From the NCBI RefSeq assembly GCF_018350175.1, contig NC_058368.1:137456001-137520000 (forward strand): 64,000 bases of DNA, in the 5' to 3' direction. A program made the position numbers and the translations under genes. The notes beneath the pieces are model-generated. The model was not told where the DNA came from. It made no database searches and was given only the letters and a program-made list of their open reading frames with translations. Of the stretch, positions 11,715-24,344 are shown in pieces (positions within the stretch are counted from its first letter, which is position 1; each line of letters opens with the position of its first letter). The DNA is from Felis catus. Its lineage: Eukaryota.

Positions 11715-14152
11715 TTTATTTTTTTATAATTAATTTTTTTAATGTTTATTTTTGAGAGAGAGAGACAGAGTACAAGTGGGAGAAGGGCAGAAAGAGAGGG
11801 AGACAGTATCTGAAGCGGGTTCCAGGCTTCAAGCTGTCAGCACAGAGCCCGACCTGGGGCTCGAACTCACAGACCATATCATGACTTGAGCCAAAGTTGG
11901 ACGCCTAACCAACTGAGCCACCCAGGCGTCCCGAGTGTATTGTTTATATTATCTCATTACAAATAGGACATTTTATTGTATATGTGGCAAAATAATTACT
12001 TTCTGTATTAGTTTACAACTTTGGTAGGGATCATTTCAGTATAACAGGAATTCCAGTTTCCTGTTTTCAGTGAGCTGTAAAAAAATTAGGTTTCATATTG
12101 TGTAATTCTTGCTTACTGTATTGCTTTCTATTTCCAACAAATATAATCAGTTCTTTATTATTTTATTTTCACTGGAGCAAAATAAAAACTAATTGTAAAG
12201 AGAGTTGTTGAGCTAAGTTTATTGAGTCTTTTGTTTCATATATAAAATTGGTATTTCTAATGTTTTCTTTGCTGTGACTTGCTAATTTAGCATTTATTGG
12301 ATTAAATGGCAGTAAAGGTTTTCTAGGATTGTGTAGTGGTCTGGTTCTGCTAATTTCCCATTAGTAGAGGACTAGCCAATGAGTGTTACTACTCTCTTAT
12401 TAAAATTTTAAAATTTCTCACCTCTCAAGTTGTTTAAGTTTACTGAAAGATTTACGTTCGTGATTATAAAGTATTTTGTGGTATTGAATGGTTATGTGAT
12501 TAGTAATAGGCTATCTTGACCCAGAAGTCAAGTTTAGTTATTTATTTTTTAATTTTTAATTTTTAAAATTTATTCATTTTAGGGAGAGAGAGACATTGTG
12601 AGCAGGGGACAGGGGCAGAGGGATAGAGAGAGGGAGAGAGAATCTCTGCACTCAGCACGGAGCCTAACCCGGGGCTCCATCCCACCTGAGCTGACATCGA
12701 GTCAGGCACTCAACCAAGTGGGCCACCAAGGTGTCCCAGGATTTAGTTGTTTTAAAACAGGGACTCTTTGTTACATAATCAGGAATCCCTTAGTGCGTAT
12801 TAAGGGAATTGAAATGGGATTTGGTGATGTATTTAAAAAGATACATGGTTATCTTTTCTAAATTAGGCTGCATGTTATTTCTTAAAATTTCAGACTTAGT
12901 TTCATTTAATATACTTTTTTGAGTGATTATACAATGTGTGCATGTGTGTTTAATGTGTGTATATGTATAATAAATTGTAAACTTCATCAAAGTGTAGAGT
13001 TTTCCTTTCATATAATTTGAAGTCATACAAGGAGCGGCAATGGTTCATTTAGGGAGAAATAGTTCACCTGAGCATTAGCATTGCATATTAGTTAATGGAG
13101 GGTTATTCGTAAGTCGTTTTGGTCATTTTGATCTTTTTTGTTTGTTAAACTAAAAATCTTTTTCGATTTCAGGGGGAAAAAAATAGTGGCTTTGATGTCC
13201 TTTACCATAATATGAAACATGGACAGATATCAACGAAAGAACTAGCAGATTTTGTGAGAGAAAGGTATGTATTTTTTTGGTAAGTCATTTAACAATTCAT
13301 CATCAAATTAAATTTTAGAATAGAGATGGGAAAATTTTAGTTAGATTTGCATTAAAATAATCAAGTACACTTTTATAGTTATATTTTAAAGTAGTAGTTA
13401 CCTGGCATCTACATGCTGAGGGCTAAATAGTGGCTCCAAATAATATTGCCACACTCCTGGTTTGCAAATCACTGCTTAAATATATATACCTGTTTTTCGT
13501 TGAAAGAGCTAGCAAGGTGGTACAATAGAAAAATTGAGAAATTTTGTGGGATAAAATATTATCATTTCTTTAAACAAACATGTCATTAAACATACTAAAA
13601 TAAATTGAAAATTTTTCTGAATTTGTAGTTTAATTATGTATTATTATAACTTTTAAAACATTTATTTATTTAGATTTTAAGTAGGCTCCATGCCCGACAT
13701 GGGGCTTGAACTCATAACACTGAGAGATCAACAGTCCCATGCTCTACTTACTGACCCAGCCAGGTGCTCCTGTAATTTTATTTAAAAAAAAATATAAGTA
13801 TATATTTTTCCATTCTGTAAATTTGTAAAATGTGATTTTCTTTAAGACTCTTAGAATATAATACTTTAAAAACTGTTACAATCAATGTATTTTGGTTTGA
13901 TTAAAGCTATTTTGTGGCTAGGCCCAGTTTGTGATTTTTATATGAGCACGTGTTTTTGTTTTTTATTTTTTTATTTGAGAGAGAGAGAGAGAGTGCAAGC
14001 AGGGAGAGGGTCAGAGGGAGAGAGAGAATCTTAAGCAGGCTCCGTGCTTAGTATAGAGTCTGACATGGGTCTCAATCCCACGGGCCTGGGATCGTGACCT
14101 GCGCCGAAATCAATAGTCCGACGCTCAAGTGACAGAGTGACTCCAGCGCCCC
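11715..14152 (-). mobile_element. Four separate antisense Can-SINEs flanking exon 2 (about 11715-11932, 12543-12738, 13651-13770 short type, 13955-14152)
   Basis: antisense consensus; TSDs gagt(a/g)tattgttt and tatatgagcac. Confidence 0.88.
13173..13264 (+). CDS. FCHO2: FCHO2 coding exon 2 (92 nt), F-BAR N-terminus
   Basis: ttttcgatttcag|GGG...GAAAG|gtatgt; translates [30 protein letters not shown](R), matching FCHO2 as I recall it; phase 0 to 2. Confidence 0.97.
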
Positions 14153-14235
14153 TATATGAGCACATTTAAAATCTTTATCTTAGTAATATGGGGCTATTTT
14201 GCCATTATTTATTCATTTGTTTGTTTGTTTTTAAA

Positions 14236-14449
14236 TTTTTTTTTTTTCAGCGTTTATTTATTTTTGGGACAGAGAGAGACAGAGCATGAACGGGGGAGGG
14301 GCAGAGAGAGAGGGAGACACAGAATCAGAAACAGGCTCCAGGCTCTGAGCCATCAGCCCAGAGCCCGACGCGGGGCTCGAACTCACGGACCGCGAGATCG
14401 TGACCTGGCTGAAGTCGGACGCTTAACCGACTGCGCCACCCAGGCGCCC
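14236..14449 (-). mobile_element. Young felid SINE (SINEC_Fc-like)
   Basis: CpG-intact consensus; 18-bp TSD tgtttgtttgtttttaaa at 14218-14235 and 14450-14467. Confidence 0.97.
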
Positions 14450-14469
14450 TGTTTGTTTGTTTTTAAAGC

Positions 14470-14708
14470 TTTTATTTTTTAAGTAATCTCTACACCCAAC
14501 ATGGAGCTTGCCCACACAACCCTGAGATCAAGAGTCACATGCTCCACCCACTGAGCCAGCCAGGTGCCCCAATATTTTGCCTTTTGATATAATACTCCAT
14601 TCATTGGGGTTTCTGGCTGGCTCAGTGGATGGAGCATGTGACTCTGAGTCTCGGGGTTGTGCGTTCAACCCCCACATTGGGTATAGAGGTTACTTAAAAA
14701 AATAAACA
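14470..14708. mobile_element. Two short older Can-SINEs, head to head (14470-14570 minus, 14606-14708 plus)
   Basis: aagtaatctctacacccaac...ccaggtgcccc; TSD aatac(t/c)ccattcatt around the plus copy. Confidence 0.88.
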
Positions 14709-14919
14709 ATACCCCATTCATTTCTTCTTTCAGTAATATATATTCCATGTTTGCTGTGTGCCAGGCACTTGTCTGGATTCTGAGAATATAGGAGTAAAGA
14801 CATAGCTTTTGCTGTCATAGAGTTTACCAACTGATAGGAATTGGGGAACAAACTATTTTATGTAAGACCAGTCCTCTTCTGGCTTTCACTTCTCTTTTGG
14901 AGGTAAGAGAGAATCTAGA

Positions 14920-15158
14920 GGGGCGCCTGGGTGGCGCAGTCGGTTAAGCGTCCGACTTCAGCCAGGTCATGATCTCGCGGTCCGTGAGTTCGAGCCCCGC
15001 GTCGGGCTCTGGGCTGATGGCTCAGAGCCTGGAGCCTGTTTCCTATTCTGTGTCTCCCTCTCTCTCTGCCCCTCCCCCGTTCATGCTCTGTCTCTCTCTG
15101 TCCCAAAAATAAATAAATGTTAAAAAAAAAAAAAAAATTTAAAAAAAAAAAAAAAAAA
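14920..15158 (+). mobile_element. Young felid SINE (SINEC_Fc-like) with long A tail
   Basis: ggggcgcctgggtggcgcagtcggttaagcgtccgacttcagccagg; perfect 15-bp TSD aagagagaatctaga at 14905-14919 and 15159-15173. Confidence 0.97.
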
Positions 15159-15479
15159 AAGAGAGAATCTAGAAGCTCTAAGTGCTATGGATAAAACTGT
15201 CCTTCACTAGCTTCTGCAATATCACTGGCAGGAGTAAAGAAGAGGCCTCAGAATGCTGCATCTCCTGGCATGTCCTCTGGCCTTCCTTTTCCCCCAACAT
15301 TTGCATCACTACTATAACTACTTTGAGACATTCAGGGCAGTTGTCATCAGGCCTTTTAGCCTATTTATGTCAGTTACCATAAGATGTCCAGAATCTACCA
15401 TTTCTTGTCCAGAATCTAATCCCTTTATGATTCTTTGGGCAGTGAGACAACCAACCCTTCTTTCCACTAGTTCCCTACT

Positions 15480-16545
15480 TTAATGTTTTCTTCATAGCAC
15501 TTAAAACCATGAGGTGTGTGATATTTTACTTATTTATTTGTCTCTCCCCTCTGGAATATAAATCCCACAAGGCACAAGGGCAGGGGTTTTGTTTTGTTTT
15601 GTTTTTTGTTTTTGCTTATTACTCCATCTCTTGAGCTTGGGAGAGTGCTTGGCTCTTCGTAGGCCCTAAGTAAGGATTTTTTGACAGAATAAATCTCTGA
15701 CTTTACTGCCCTGATCCAAGCTGTCATTGTTGCCTGAACTGCAACAGTAGCTCCTCTTTTTTTTTTTTTTCTCCTCTTCTTTAAGTTTATTTATTTATTT
15801 TGAGAGGGAGCATGAGCAGGGCAAGAGCAGAGACAGAGAATCCCAAGCAGGCTTATGCCGTCAGTACAGAGCCCAACGCAGGGCTCAATCTCACAAAGTG
15901 TTGAGATCATGACCTGAGCCGAAATCAAGACTTGGGCGCTTAACTGACTGAGCCACCCAGGCGCCCCAACAGTAGCTCCTCTTTGATCTGTCTACATTCG
16001 TTCTTATTCCCCTGCACCTTATTCTTTGTACTGTAATTGGAGTGATTTTTCTAAACTGCAATGAAGTTTGTTACCTTTCTGGTTTGAGTGATTTAGAAAT
16101 CTTCCCATTACTCTTAAGGTAAGTCTGCCAACATCTTGGTCTGATCCCAAGCTACCTTTCAAGCTTTAGTTCATGCCAGAATCCTTATTCTTTCCTTTCC
16201 AGAGACATTGGCCATTTATTGAAAGACGTCTTCCAGTCCAGGCTTTATACATGCTTATTCCTGTTTTTGCCTAATTAACACCTGTTCTTTAGAGCTGAGC
16301 AATGTGGTCACTTCTCCAGAGATGCTTTTCCTCATTTCCCTGACTAGGTCAGAAATACCTATTATGGTATTTCTCAACATCATATATCTCTTTGCAGTAT
16401 CTATAACATTTTATAATGATTCATTTTCTAATTTGTCTCTGTGTTTCCCTATAAAGGGAAAAGTATGTAGTATTCTTCTTTACCCTGGTGCCTAGTACAT
16501 AGCCTGGCATAATTAGATATTCATATTTCTTGAAGGAGTGAACGA
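15480..16545 (+). mobile_element. L2 3' fragments with a nested antisense Can-SINE (15760-15967)
   Basis: ttcttcatagcactta...agggcaggggttttgtttt; cctagtacatagcctggcata; SINE TSD aacagtagctcctcttt. Confidence 0.7.
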
Positions 16546-16832
16546 GAAAGGAAGGAAGAAAAGATAGACACATAAACATATACTGTGCAGTATGGATTTT
16601 GCATACATTAGTTACCTCCTTTCACTATCAAAAGTTTCACTTCCATTTTAGAGATAAGAAAATCGGGGCCCAGAAAGTTTGATTTCCTAAGTCAGTCATT
16701 CAGTTTCTCTCCTCCCCTCAGCCCCTCCTCCCTACTGGTTTGCTCCCTTCTTCCCTCTTGTATTCCTCTTTGCTCCTTTCTTCCTTTCCTGTCTTCCTCC
16801 CTTACTACCCTCGTCCTTCCTCTCTTCTTTCC

Positions 16833-17697
16833 AACAGCTTTATTGGAGTATAATTGACATACAGTATGCTGCATATTTGAAGTGTATAGTTTGATAAATT
16901 TTGACATATACACATACTCATGAAACCCATCACCACAACCAAGGTAGTGAACATATTCATCATCTCCTTTGTAACTCCTTGCCCCTGTCTCTCCCCCTCA
17001 TTGCTAAACACCCACTCATTTGCTTCTGACATTTAGGTTAGTTTGCCATTTCTAGAATTTTATATGAATGTAATCATACAGGGTATAGTCTGTTATCCAG
17101 TACTTTCACTCAGTATAATTATGTTGAGATTGATCCATGTAGTTGCATTCATACCTTGCTACTGTTGAGTAGTACTCCATTTATAGATATCACAATTTAT
17201 CCATTCATCTGTCAAAGGAAGTTGTACCTATCCTTTGAACTTTGTATTAATTATATCAGTTTAATCATATAGTAGTTATTTTGTCTTCTGTTCACTCAGC
17301 ATGTTTATGAGATTAATTTGTACTGAGTTTAGTTTAATTCATTTGCAATGCCATGTAGTATTAAATATGCCAAAATGTATCTACTACCATTGACAGAAAT
17401 TTGGGATGTTTCCAGTTCTTTTTGCTATTACAAGTGATATTGCTTTGAATATTCTGGTACATGTGTCTTGGTATACATATACATATATTTATATTAAGTA
17501 TATACTCTGGAATAGAATTGCCAGGTGATAGAGTAATGTGTATGTTTAACTGTAATAGGTAATCCCAAAGAATTTTCCCAGGTGGTTGTACTAGTTTACA
17601 ACAGCAGCAGCCTTGTTTCAGAGTTCTAGTCGTTCCATGTTCTCATCACCACTTGGTATTGCCAGTCTTTTAATTTGAATCATTGGATAAGTAGTGG
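16833..17697 (-). mobile_element. Old L1M 3' UTR fragments
   Basis: aacagctttattggagtataattgacataca...catatttgaagtgtatagtttga. Confidence 0.75.
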
Positions 17698-17699
17698 TA

Positions 17700-18198
17700 A
17701 AGGTATCCCCCACTTTTCAGAAGCTTGTGTTATGCCAGTTGGCTTTTATGAAAGATGTACGTTAGTACCTGTTTTTGCTAACCCAAGAAAAATTCGAAGA
17801 GGATTTTTGCTGTTACAAAAAATGGCAAAATGTGAACATAGCGTTCGGTGTTTGTTTTGCAGTGAGTCCTTCCTTCCATAAGGAAGCAGTGTGCACAGTG
17901 AGGGTGGCACTGCCAAGCTCCTTTCCCGGGACCTTTACTCAGCATCTCAGCATCAAGCTGCCATAGTGTTGAACTGTGTCTTTGAGCATCTGTACTTTAT
18001 TTCAATTTATTTTGTGCATCTGTTAGCAAGATGTGTCCTACAGTATCAGAAAAGCCTAAGAGAGGTTATTTTTGGGGTCTGGGAAAGCTCAAAATAATTC
18101 CCATATAAATTAATGGTAATTGTTTCTTTGCTTTATGCCATTTGGCTTATGAAACGTTTCCTCAGAACGCTTTACTTTTGGATAGTGAGGGATACCTG
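17700..18198. mobile_element. Non-autonomous TcMar-Tigger-type DNA transposon
   Basis: imperfect TIRs aaggtatcccccactttt / atagtgagggatacctg; TA at 17698-99 and 18199-200; splits host L1 motif gtagtggTA|tcttactgtggttttaa. Confidence 0.85.
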
Positions 18199-18200
18199 TA

Positions 18201-21200
18201 TCTTACTGTGGTTTTAAAATGCATTTCCCTGATGAATAATAAGCTTGGCATCCTTTCATATGTTCATTGGTCATTTGCATTTTCTTTTATGAAGTCCCTG
18301 TTCATGACTTGTATATTTTTTTAGTTTTTTCCCCCTTTTAAAAAATAAATTGAAGGAATTTTTATATATTTTGGGGGGATGCAGTTTGTTGGTAAGGTGT
18401 TACAAATTTATATATAAATGCCCTTGATTTTTATATATTGATTTTGTGTCTAGTAACCTGGTAATTCTTGCTTATTCTGATAATTTATCTGTAGATTGTT
18501 TTGGATTTTCTATGTGTACAGTCATCTTGTACAAATGACAGTTTTACATCTCCCTTTCCAATCCTTATACCTTTTTTTATTTTTCTTGACTTCTCATACT
18601 GGCTACTACTTTAGGTATAATGCTGAATAGAAATGGAAATGGCAGGTGTCCTTGTCTTATTATTCCCAGTCTCACATTTCACTCTTAAATATGATATATT
18701 TATTCTGTTTTTTTCTCTACTGTTAATCAGATTATAGGAATTTCCTTGTTTATATTGTTTTGTAAGGTTTTTCTTTCTTTCTTTTTTTTTTAATTCTGCA
18801 TGGATGTTGAATTTGGTCAGATACTTTTCCTGTATCCATTGATGCGGTATGTTTTTCTTCTTTCTTTCTTTCCCTCTCTTGTTAAAATCTGAATTACATT
18901 GAATTTTTTTTTAAGATTTTGTTTTATTTTTAAATTTTTATTTATTTATTTTCTAGAGAGACAGAGATAGGGCGAGTAGGGGACGTGCAGAGGGAGGGGG
19001 GAGACAGAGAATCCTAAGCAGGCTCTGTGCTGCCAAGTGTAGAGCTTTGCACAGGTCTTGAATTCACAAAATTGTGAGATTGTGACCTGAGCCAAAACCA
19101 AGAGTCAGACGTTCAACCAATTGAACTACCCAGACACCCCTATTTTATTTTTTTAAAGTAATCTCTACACCCAGCATGGGACTCAAACTCACAACCCCAA
19201 CATTAAGAGTTGCATGCTCTCCTGACCGAGCCACCCAGGTGCCCCACATTGAATTTTGAATGTTAGACTAACTTTTCATTCCTCATATAAACTCAACTAG
19301 GTGGAGATGTATTATCATTTTTGTATATTGGTGGTTCAGTTTGCTATTTTATTTAGGATTTTATCATCTATATTTGTGATTGAATTTGGCCTGAAAAATT
19401 CCCTTTATCTATCTTTCTTGGGTTTTGGTATTAAGATTTGTTGGCCTTATAAAATGAGTTGGGGAGTATACATCTTTTTTTTTTTTTTCTGAAAAAAATA
19501 TGTGGCAGATTATGGTTTCTTCTTTATGTGTTTCATTAACTTTGCTGGTAGACCCACTGGGACTTGAAATCACCTTTATAGAAAGGTTTCAATTACATAT
19601 GTAATTTCTTGAATAGTTACAGGACTCTTTGGATATTCTAATTCTTCTGTGAGTTTGATAAGTTATATTTTTAAGGAATTTTTTTCATTTATGCTTTCAA
19701 ATTTATAGGCAAAAACTTATTCTTTTTTTTTTTTTATGTTTATTTACTTTTGAGAGAAAGAGAGAGAGACAGAGGTATGAGCAGGGGAGGGGCAGAGAGA
19801 GAGGGAGACACAGAATCCAAAGCAGGCTCTAGGCTCTGAGCTGTCAGCACAGAGCCTGACGTGGGGCTGGAACTCATAAACTGCAAGATCATGACCTGAG
19901 TTGATGTTGGATGCTTAACTGTGACTGAGCCACCCGGTGCCCCAAAACCTTATTCTTAATATCCTTTTATGAACTGTTTTATTTTTGTTTTTTTAAAAAA
20001 TGCTTATTTATTTCAAGAAAGAGCATGAGCAAGGGACGGACAGAGAGAGAGGGAGAGGGAGAATCCCAAACAGGTTCCATGCTTTCATCACAGAGCCTGC
20101 GGTGGGGCTTGATCTCATGAACTGCGAGATCATGACTTGAGCAGAAATCAAGAGTTGGCCACTTAACTAACTGAGCCAGCCAGGCCCCCTGTTTTGTAAA
20201 CCTTTTAAATATCTGATGGATCTGTACTAGATGTCCCCTTTTCATTCCTCACATCAGTTATTTGTACCTTCTCTGGATTTTATCAGTCTCCTTTGTCACT
20301 TGTTGGTTTTAAAAGTTTTTATAAAGAAGCAACTATTTTGTTGATCCTTTTTGAATATTTGTTTTTTATTTCATTAACTTTGTGTTCCTTATCTCTTTTG
20401 ACTTTGTATTCAGTTTGCTGTTCTTTTTCTAACCTTGACATAGATGTGTGACTTAATGATTTTCAACCATTTTTACTTTTTTTAAGATTATTTTTTAAAT
20501 GTCTATTCCTGAGAGAGAGACAGACAGACAGAGACAGAGCATGAGCCAGGGAGGGGCAGAGAGAGAGAGGGAGATACAGAATCTGAAGCAGGCTCCAGGC
20601 TCTCAGCTGTCAGCACAGAGCCCGTCTTGGGGCTCAAACTCACGAACAGCGAGTTCATGACCTGAGCCGATTTGGACGCTTAACTGAGTGAGCCACCCAG
20701 GTGCCCCAAGATTTAATTTTTTTAGATAATCTCTTCATTTAATGTGGGGCTTAGACTCCGAACCCCGAGATCAAGACTCCCATGCTCCACTGACTGAGCC
20801 AGCCAGGTGCCCCAACCTTTTTTCATTTCTGATACAGTCATTTAAATCTGTAAATTTCCCTGAAGCATTGCTTTGTTATGCTTCACGAGTTTTGAGTAAT
20901 AGGATTTTCATTATATTTAATTTAAAGATATTTTAAAGATTAAAGAATTTAAAGATAATGTGCTTTCTTCGTTGCCTCCCTGGGTTATTTAGAATATATA
21001 AATAAATATGTATGTGATACATATATTTATATTGTTTGGTTTTGTTACTATTTTTGCTTTTGAGAGACAGCTTGAGCACTGGAGAGGGAAAGGGAGAGAG
21101 ATTCTTAAGCAGGCTCCACACCCAGCATGGAGCCCAACATGGGTCTCAGTCTCATGATCATGAAATCATGACCTCTGCTGAAATCAAGAGTCAGATTCTT

Positions 21201-23350
21201 AACTAACTGAGCCACCCAGGCACCACTAGAAGTATGTTTTTAAATTTCCAAATATGTGATGATTTTAAAGGTATAGTCTAGCTCGTGCTTAATTACATGT
21301 GGTTAGAGAACATCCTTTGTATGATTTCAGCATTTGGAAATTTGTTCACACTTGGGTTATGGACCAGGATAGAGTCGGTATTGGTAAATATCTGCATATA
21401 CCTGAAAAGACTGTATTTTGCATTTGTTGTCTATATGTATTTGTTAGGGTAAGTTTGTGCATTCTGTTGTTCAACTGTAATACATCCCTACTGGTTTTTA
21501 TTTTTTTATCCTGCTTGTTTTATCAATTTCTGAGAGAGTTATATGGAAAATCTCATTCTGATTGTGATATTTCTGTGTATTCATATAGTTGTGTCAATTT
21601 TTGCTTAATGTATTTGAGGCATGTTAGTAGGGGGCTACAAAATCTTTTTTTTTATTTTTTTATTTTTTTAAATGTTTATTTTTGAGAGAGCGAGACAGAG
21701 TGTGAGAGGCGGAGAGGCAGAGAGAGAGAAGGAGTCACAGAATCTGAAGCAGGCTCCAGGCTCTGAGCTGTCAGCACAGAGCCTGACATGGGGCTTGAAC
21801 TCAACGGACTGAGATCATGACCTGAGCTGAAGTTGGACGCTTAACCTACTGAGCCACCCAGGCGCCCCATTCTTTTTTTTTTTTTTTTAATTTTTTTTTT
21901 TAATGTTTATTTTTGGGAGATAGCATGTTCATGTGAGCTGGGGAAGAGCAGAGAGAGGAAGATAGGATCCAAAGTGGGCTCTGCACTGACAGCAGAGAGC
22001 CGATGTGGAGCTTGAACTCCCGGAACCTTGAAATCATGACCAGAACCAAAGTCAGATGCTTAACTGACAGAGCCACCCAGACGCCTCCAAATTCTTTTTT
22101 TTTTATTGAAGTATAGTTGACACACAATGTTAACATTAGCCTCAGGTGTATAGCATAGGTATTTCACAACTGTATACTTTATACTATGCCTACAAGTTTA
22201 GCTACCATCTATCATTATACAGTGCTATTACTGTACTGTTGATTATATTTCCTATGCTGTACCTTTCATCCCCATGACTTATTCATTCCATAACTGGAAG
22301 CCTGTACCTCCCGCTCTCCTTCACCCATATTCCTCCCCATCCCTTCCCTCCAGCAGCCATCAGTTTGTTCTTTGTATTTATAGATCTGTTTTTGTTTTTG
22401 TTTGCTTGTTCTTTGTTTTGTTGTTTAGGTTCTACATATAAGTGAAACCATATGGTATTTGTCTGACCTATTTCACTTAGTGTAATACCCTCTAGGTCCA
22501 TGCATGTTGTTGCAGATGGCAAGATTACTCATTCTGAGTAATTATCTTTTCCTTCCTTCCTTCCTTCCTTCCTTCCTTCCTTCCCTCCCACATTTTCTTT
22601 ATCCATTTTATCTATCAGTGGACATTTAGGTTGCTTCCATATATTGGCTATTGTAAATAATGCTGCAGTAAACATAAGGGTACATATATCTTTTCAAGTT
22701 AGTGTTTCAAGTTAGTGTTTTCATTTTCTTTGGGTAGATACCCAGTAGTAGAATTACTGGATTGTATGGTATTTTATTTTTTGAGGAACCTCTATAATAT
22801 TTTCCACAGGGACTGCATGAATTTACATTCCTACCAACAGTGCATTAGGGTTTCTTTTTCTCCACATCTTCGCTAACACGTGTTTCTTGTTTTTTTGTTT
22901 ATTTTTTGTTTTTGATATTACCTATTCTCACTGATTTGAGGTAGTGTCTTACTGTGATTTTGATTTGCATTTCTCTCATGATTTGTAGTATTGAGCATCT
23001 TTTCATGTGTCTGTGGGTCATCTGTATGTCTTCTTTGAAAAAATGTCTTTAGATTTTCTGGGTTGGTACAAATTTAAAACTATTACATCTTCAGGATGAA
23101 CTGCACTTTTTATCATTATGAAGTGTCCTTTATATCTGTGACATTGTTTTTTGCCTTGAAGTTTACTTTGTTTTTGTAGGGTCATCAGTTTGCTTTTGGT
23201 GAGTGTTTGCATGATATATGTCTATTCTTTGCTGTTTTCTTGTGGTGTAGTTGTGTTTCTTATTTTTAAAGGCACTTTGACAGTCTTTATTTTAATTGGA
23301 GCATTTAGTCTGTAATGTACAGTAGAATTGCAGATATAGTTGGGTTCAAA
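18201..23350 (-). mobile_element. Degraded antisense L1M body carrying nine antisense Can-SINEs (18905-22088) and a nested carnivore L1 3' end (about 22095-23050)
   Basis: L1 ORF2-like antisense text (tattgattttgtgtctagtaacctgg; ggttttggtattaag...cttataaaatgagttggggag); SINE TSDs acattgaatttt and aaaac(c)ttattctt. Confidence 0.8.
22549..22584. repeat. (TTCC)n tetranucleotide repeat
   Basis: direct reading. Confidence 0.95.
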
Positions 23351-23360
23351 TCTGTTGTCC

Positions 23361-23577
23361 CAGAAGTTGTCATACTTTTTATGTAGAGGTCCAGAAAGTC
23401 ACTATTTTAGGCTTTGTGTGTCATCTGATCTCTGTTGCAGGTATTCGGCTCTGCCATTTTAGTACAAAAGTAGTCATAGACAACATGTAAATAAATGTGC
23501 TTGGCTGTGCTAATAAACTTTATGGGGACAAAAATGGGCCATATTTGGTTGATGGTATTGTAGATTGCCAAACTCTG
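23361..23577. mobile_element. MER58A-like hAT-Charlie element
   Basis: cagaagttg...tattttaggctttgtgtgtcat...gtcatagacaacatgtaaataaatg...ttgccaaactctg. Confidence 0.75.
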
Positions 23578-24344
23578 TGTTATTTTAGTATTTGCTATTT
23601 GTCTTACTTGTTTGGTATTTTTTCCTCCTCTTTCTTGCCTTTTGGCCTGTTTTTTTTTTTTTTCTTGTTTTTTTTTTTTATTAGCTTAGAAGTAAAACCC
23701 TCTTCTACTGTTCTTTTATTAGTTATCCTAGAGATTATAACATACTTAATTGAGCTGTTAACTTACAATAATAATTGATCCTTTTACCCTCTTTCTGAAA
23801 ATGTCGGAACCTTAGAATACTATCACGTCCTGACTTAATGCCTCATAGGACATTTGTGTGTATGTGTTTAACTTTGTCCTATGAACATTGAAAATTTTCC
23901 ATTAAAAACTTTTTTTTTATTGTGGAAATACATTTCTTTAACTTTTTATTATGGAAAAATTCAAACTTAGTACAAAATGCATTAAATATATAAACCACAA
24001 AATAATGAACTCTAATATAGTGTCAGCAATTTTTGCTATTTTGCTAGTCTTGCTTAAACCATTTCCCTAGCATCAAATTGTTATGTTCATGGATACTTTT
24101 TTTATATGTATCTCTAATACCTAAGGACTTAAAGAAGAATGATATTATTAGTCATCTAATAAAATTAGCTGTAACTTAGAAAATATTTTCTAATATCTCA
24201 TCCAGCTGATTTACTCAAATCAGATTGTTACATATTTTATTCTTCTGTATTCTTAGTATTTTGGATGGTCATTATTTAGATTTATTACAATTATTTACTT
24301 TTTCTCTGATAATTTGTCCTTTTTCTCTTTTTTCACTTCTGTTT

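Noticed and set aside
14920..15010. tRNA-like A/B boxes in SINE heads
   Set aside because: Can-SINEs are tRNA-derived; no cloverleaf tRNA gene is present.
14156..15106. Recurrent peptide GQRETEHERGRGRERGRHRI... (also at 42344 and related frames near 43057)
   Set aside because: Translation of young SINE copies, not a gene family.
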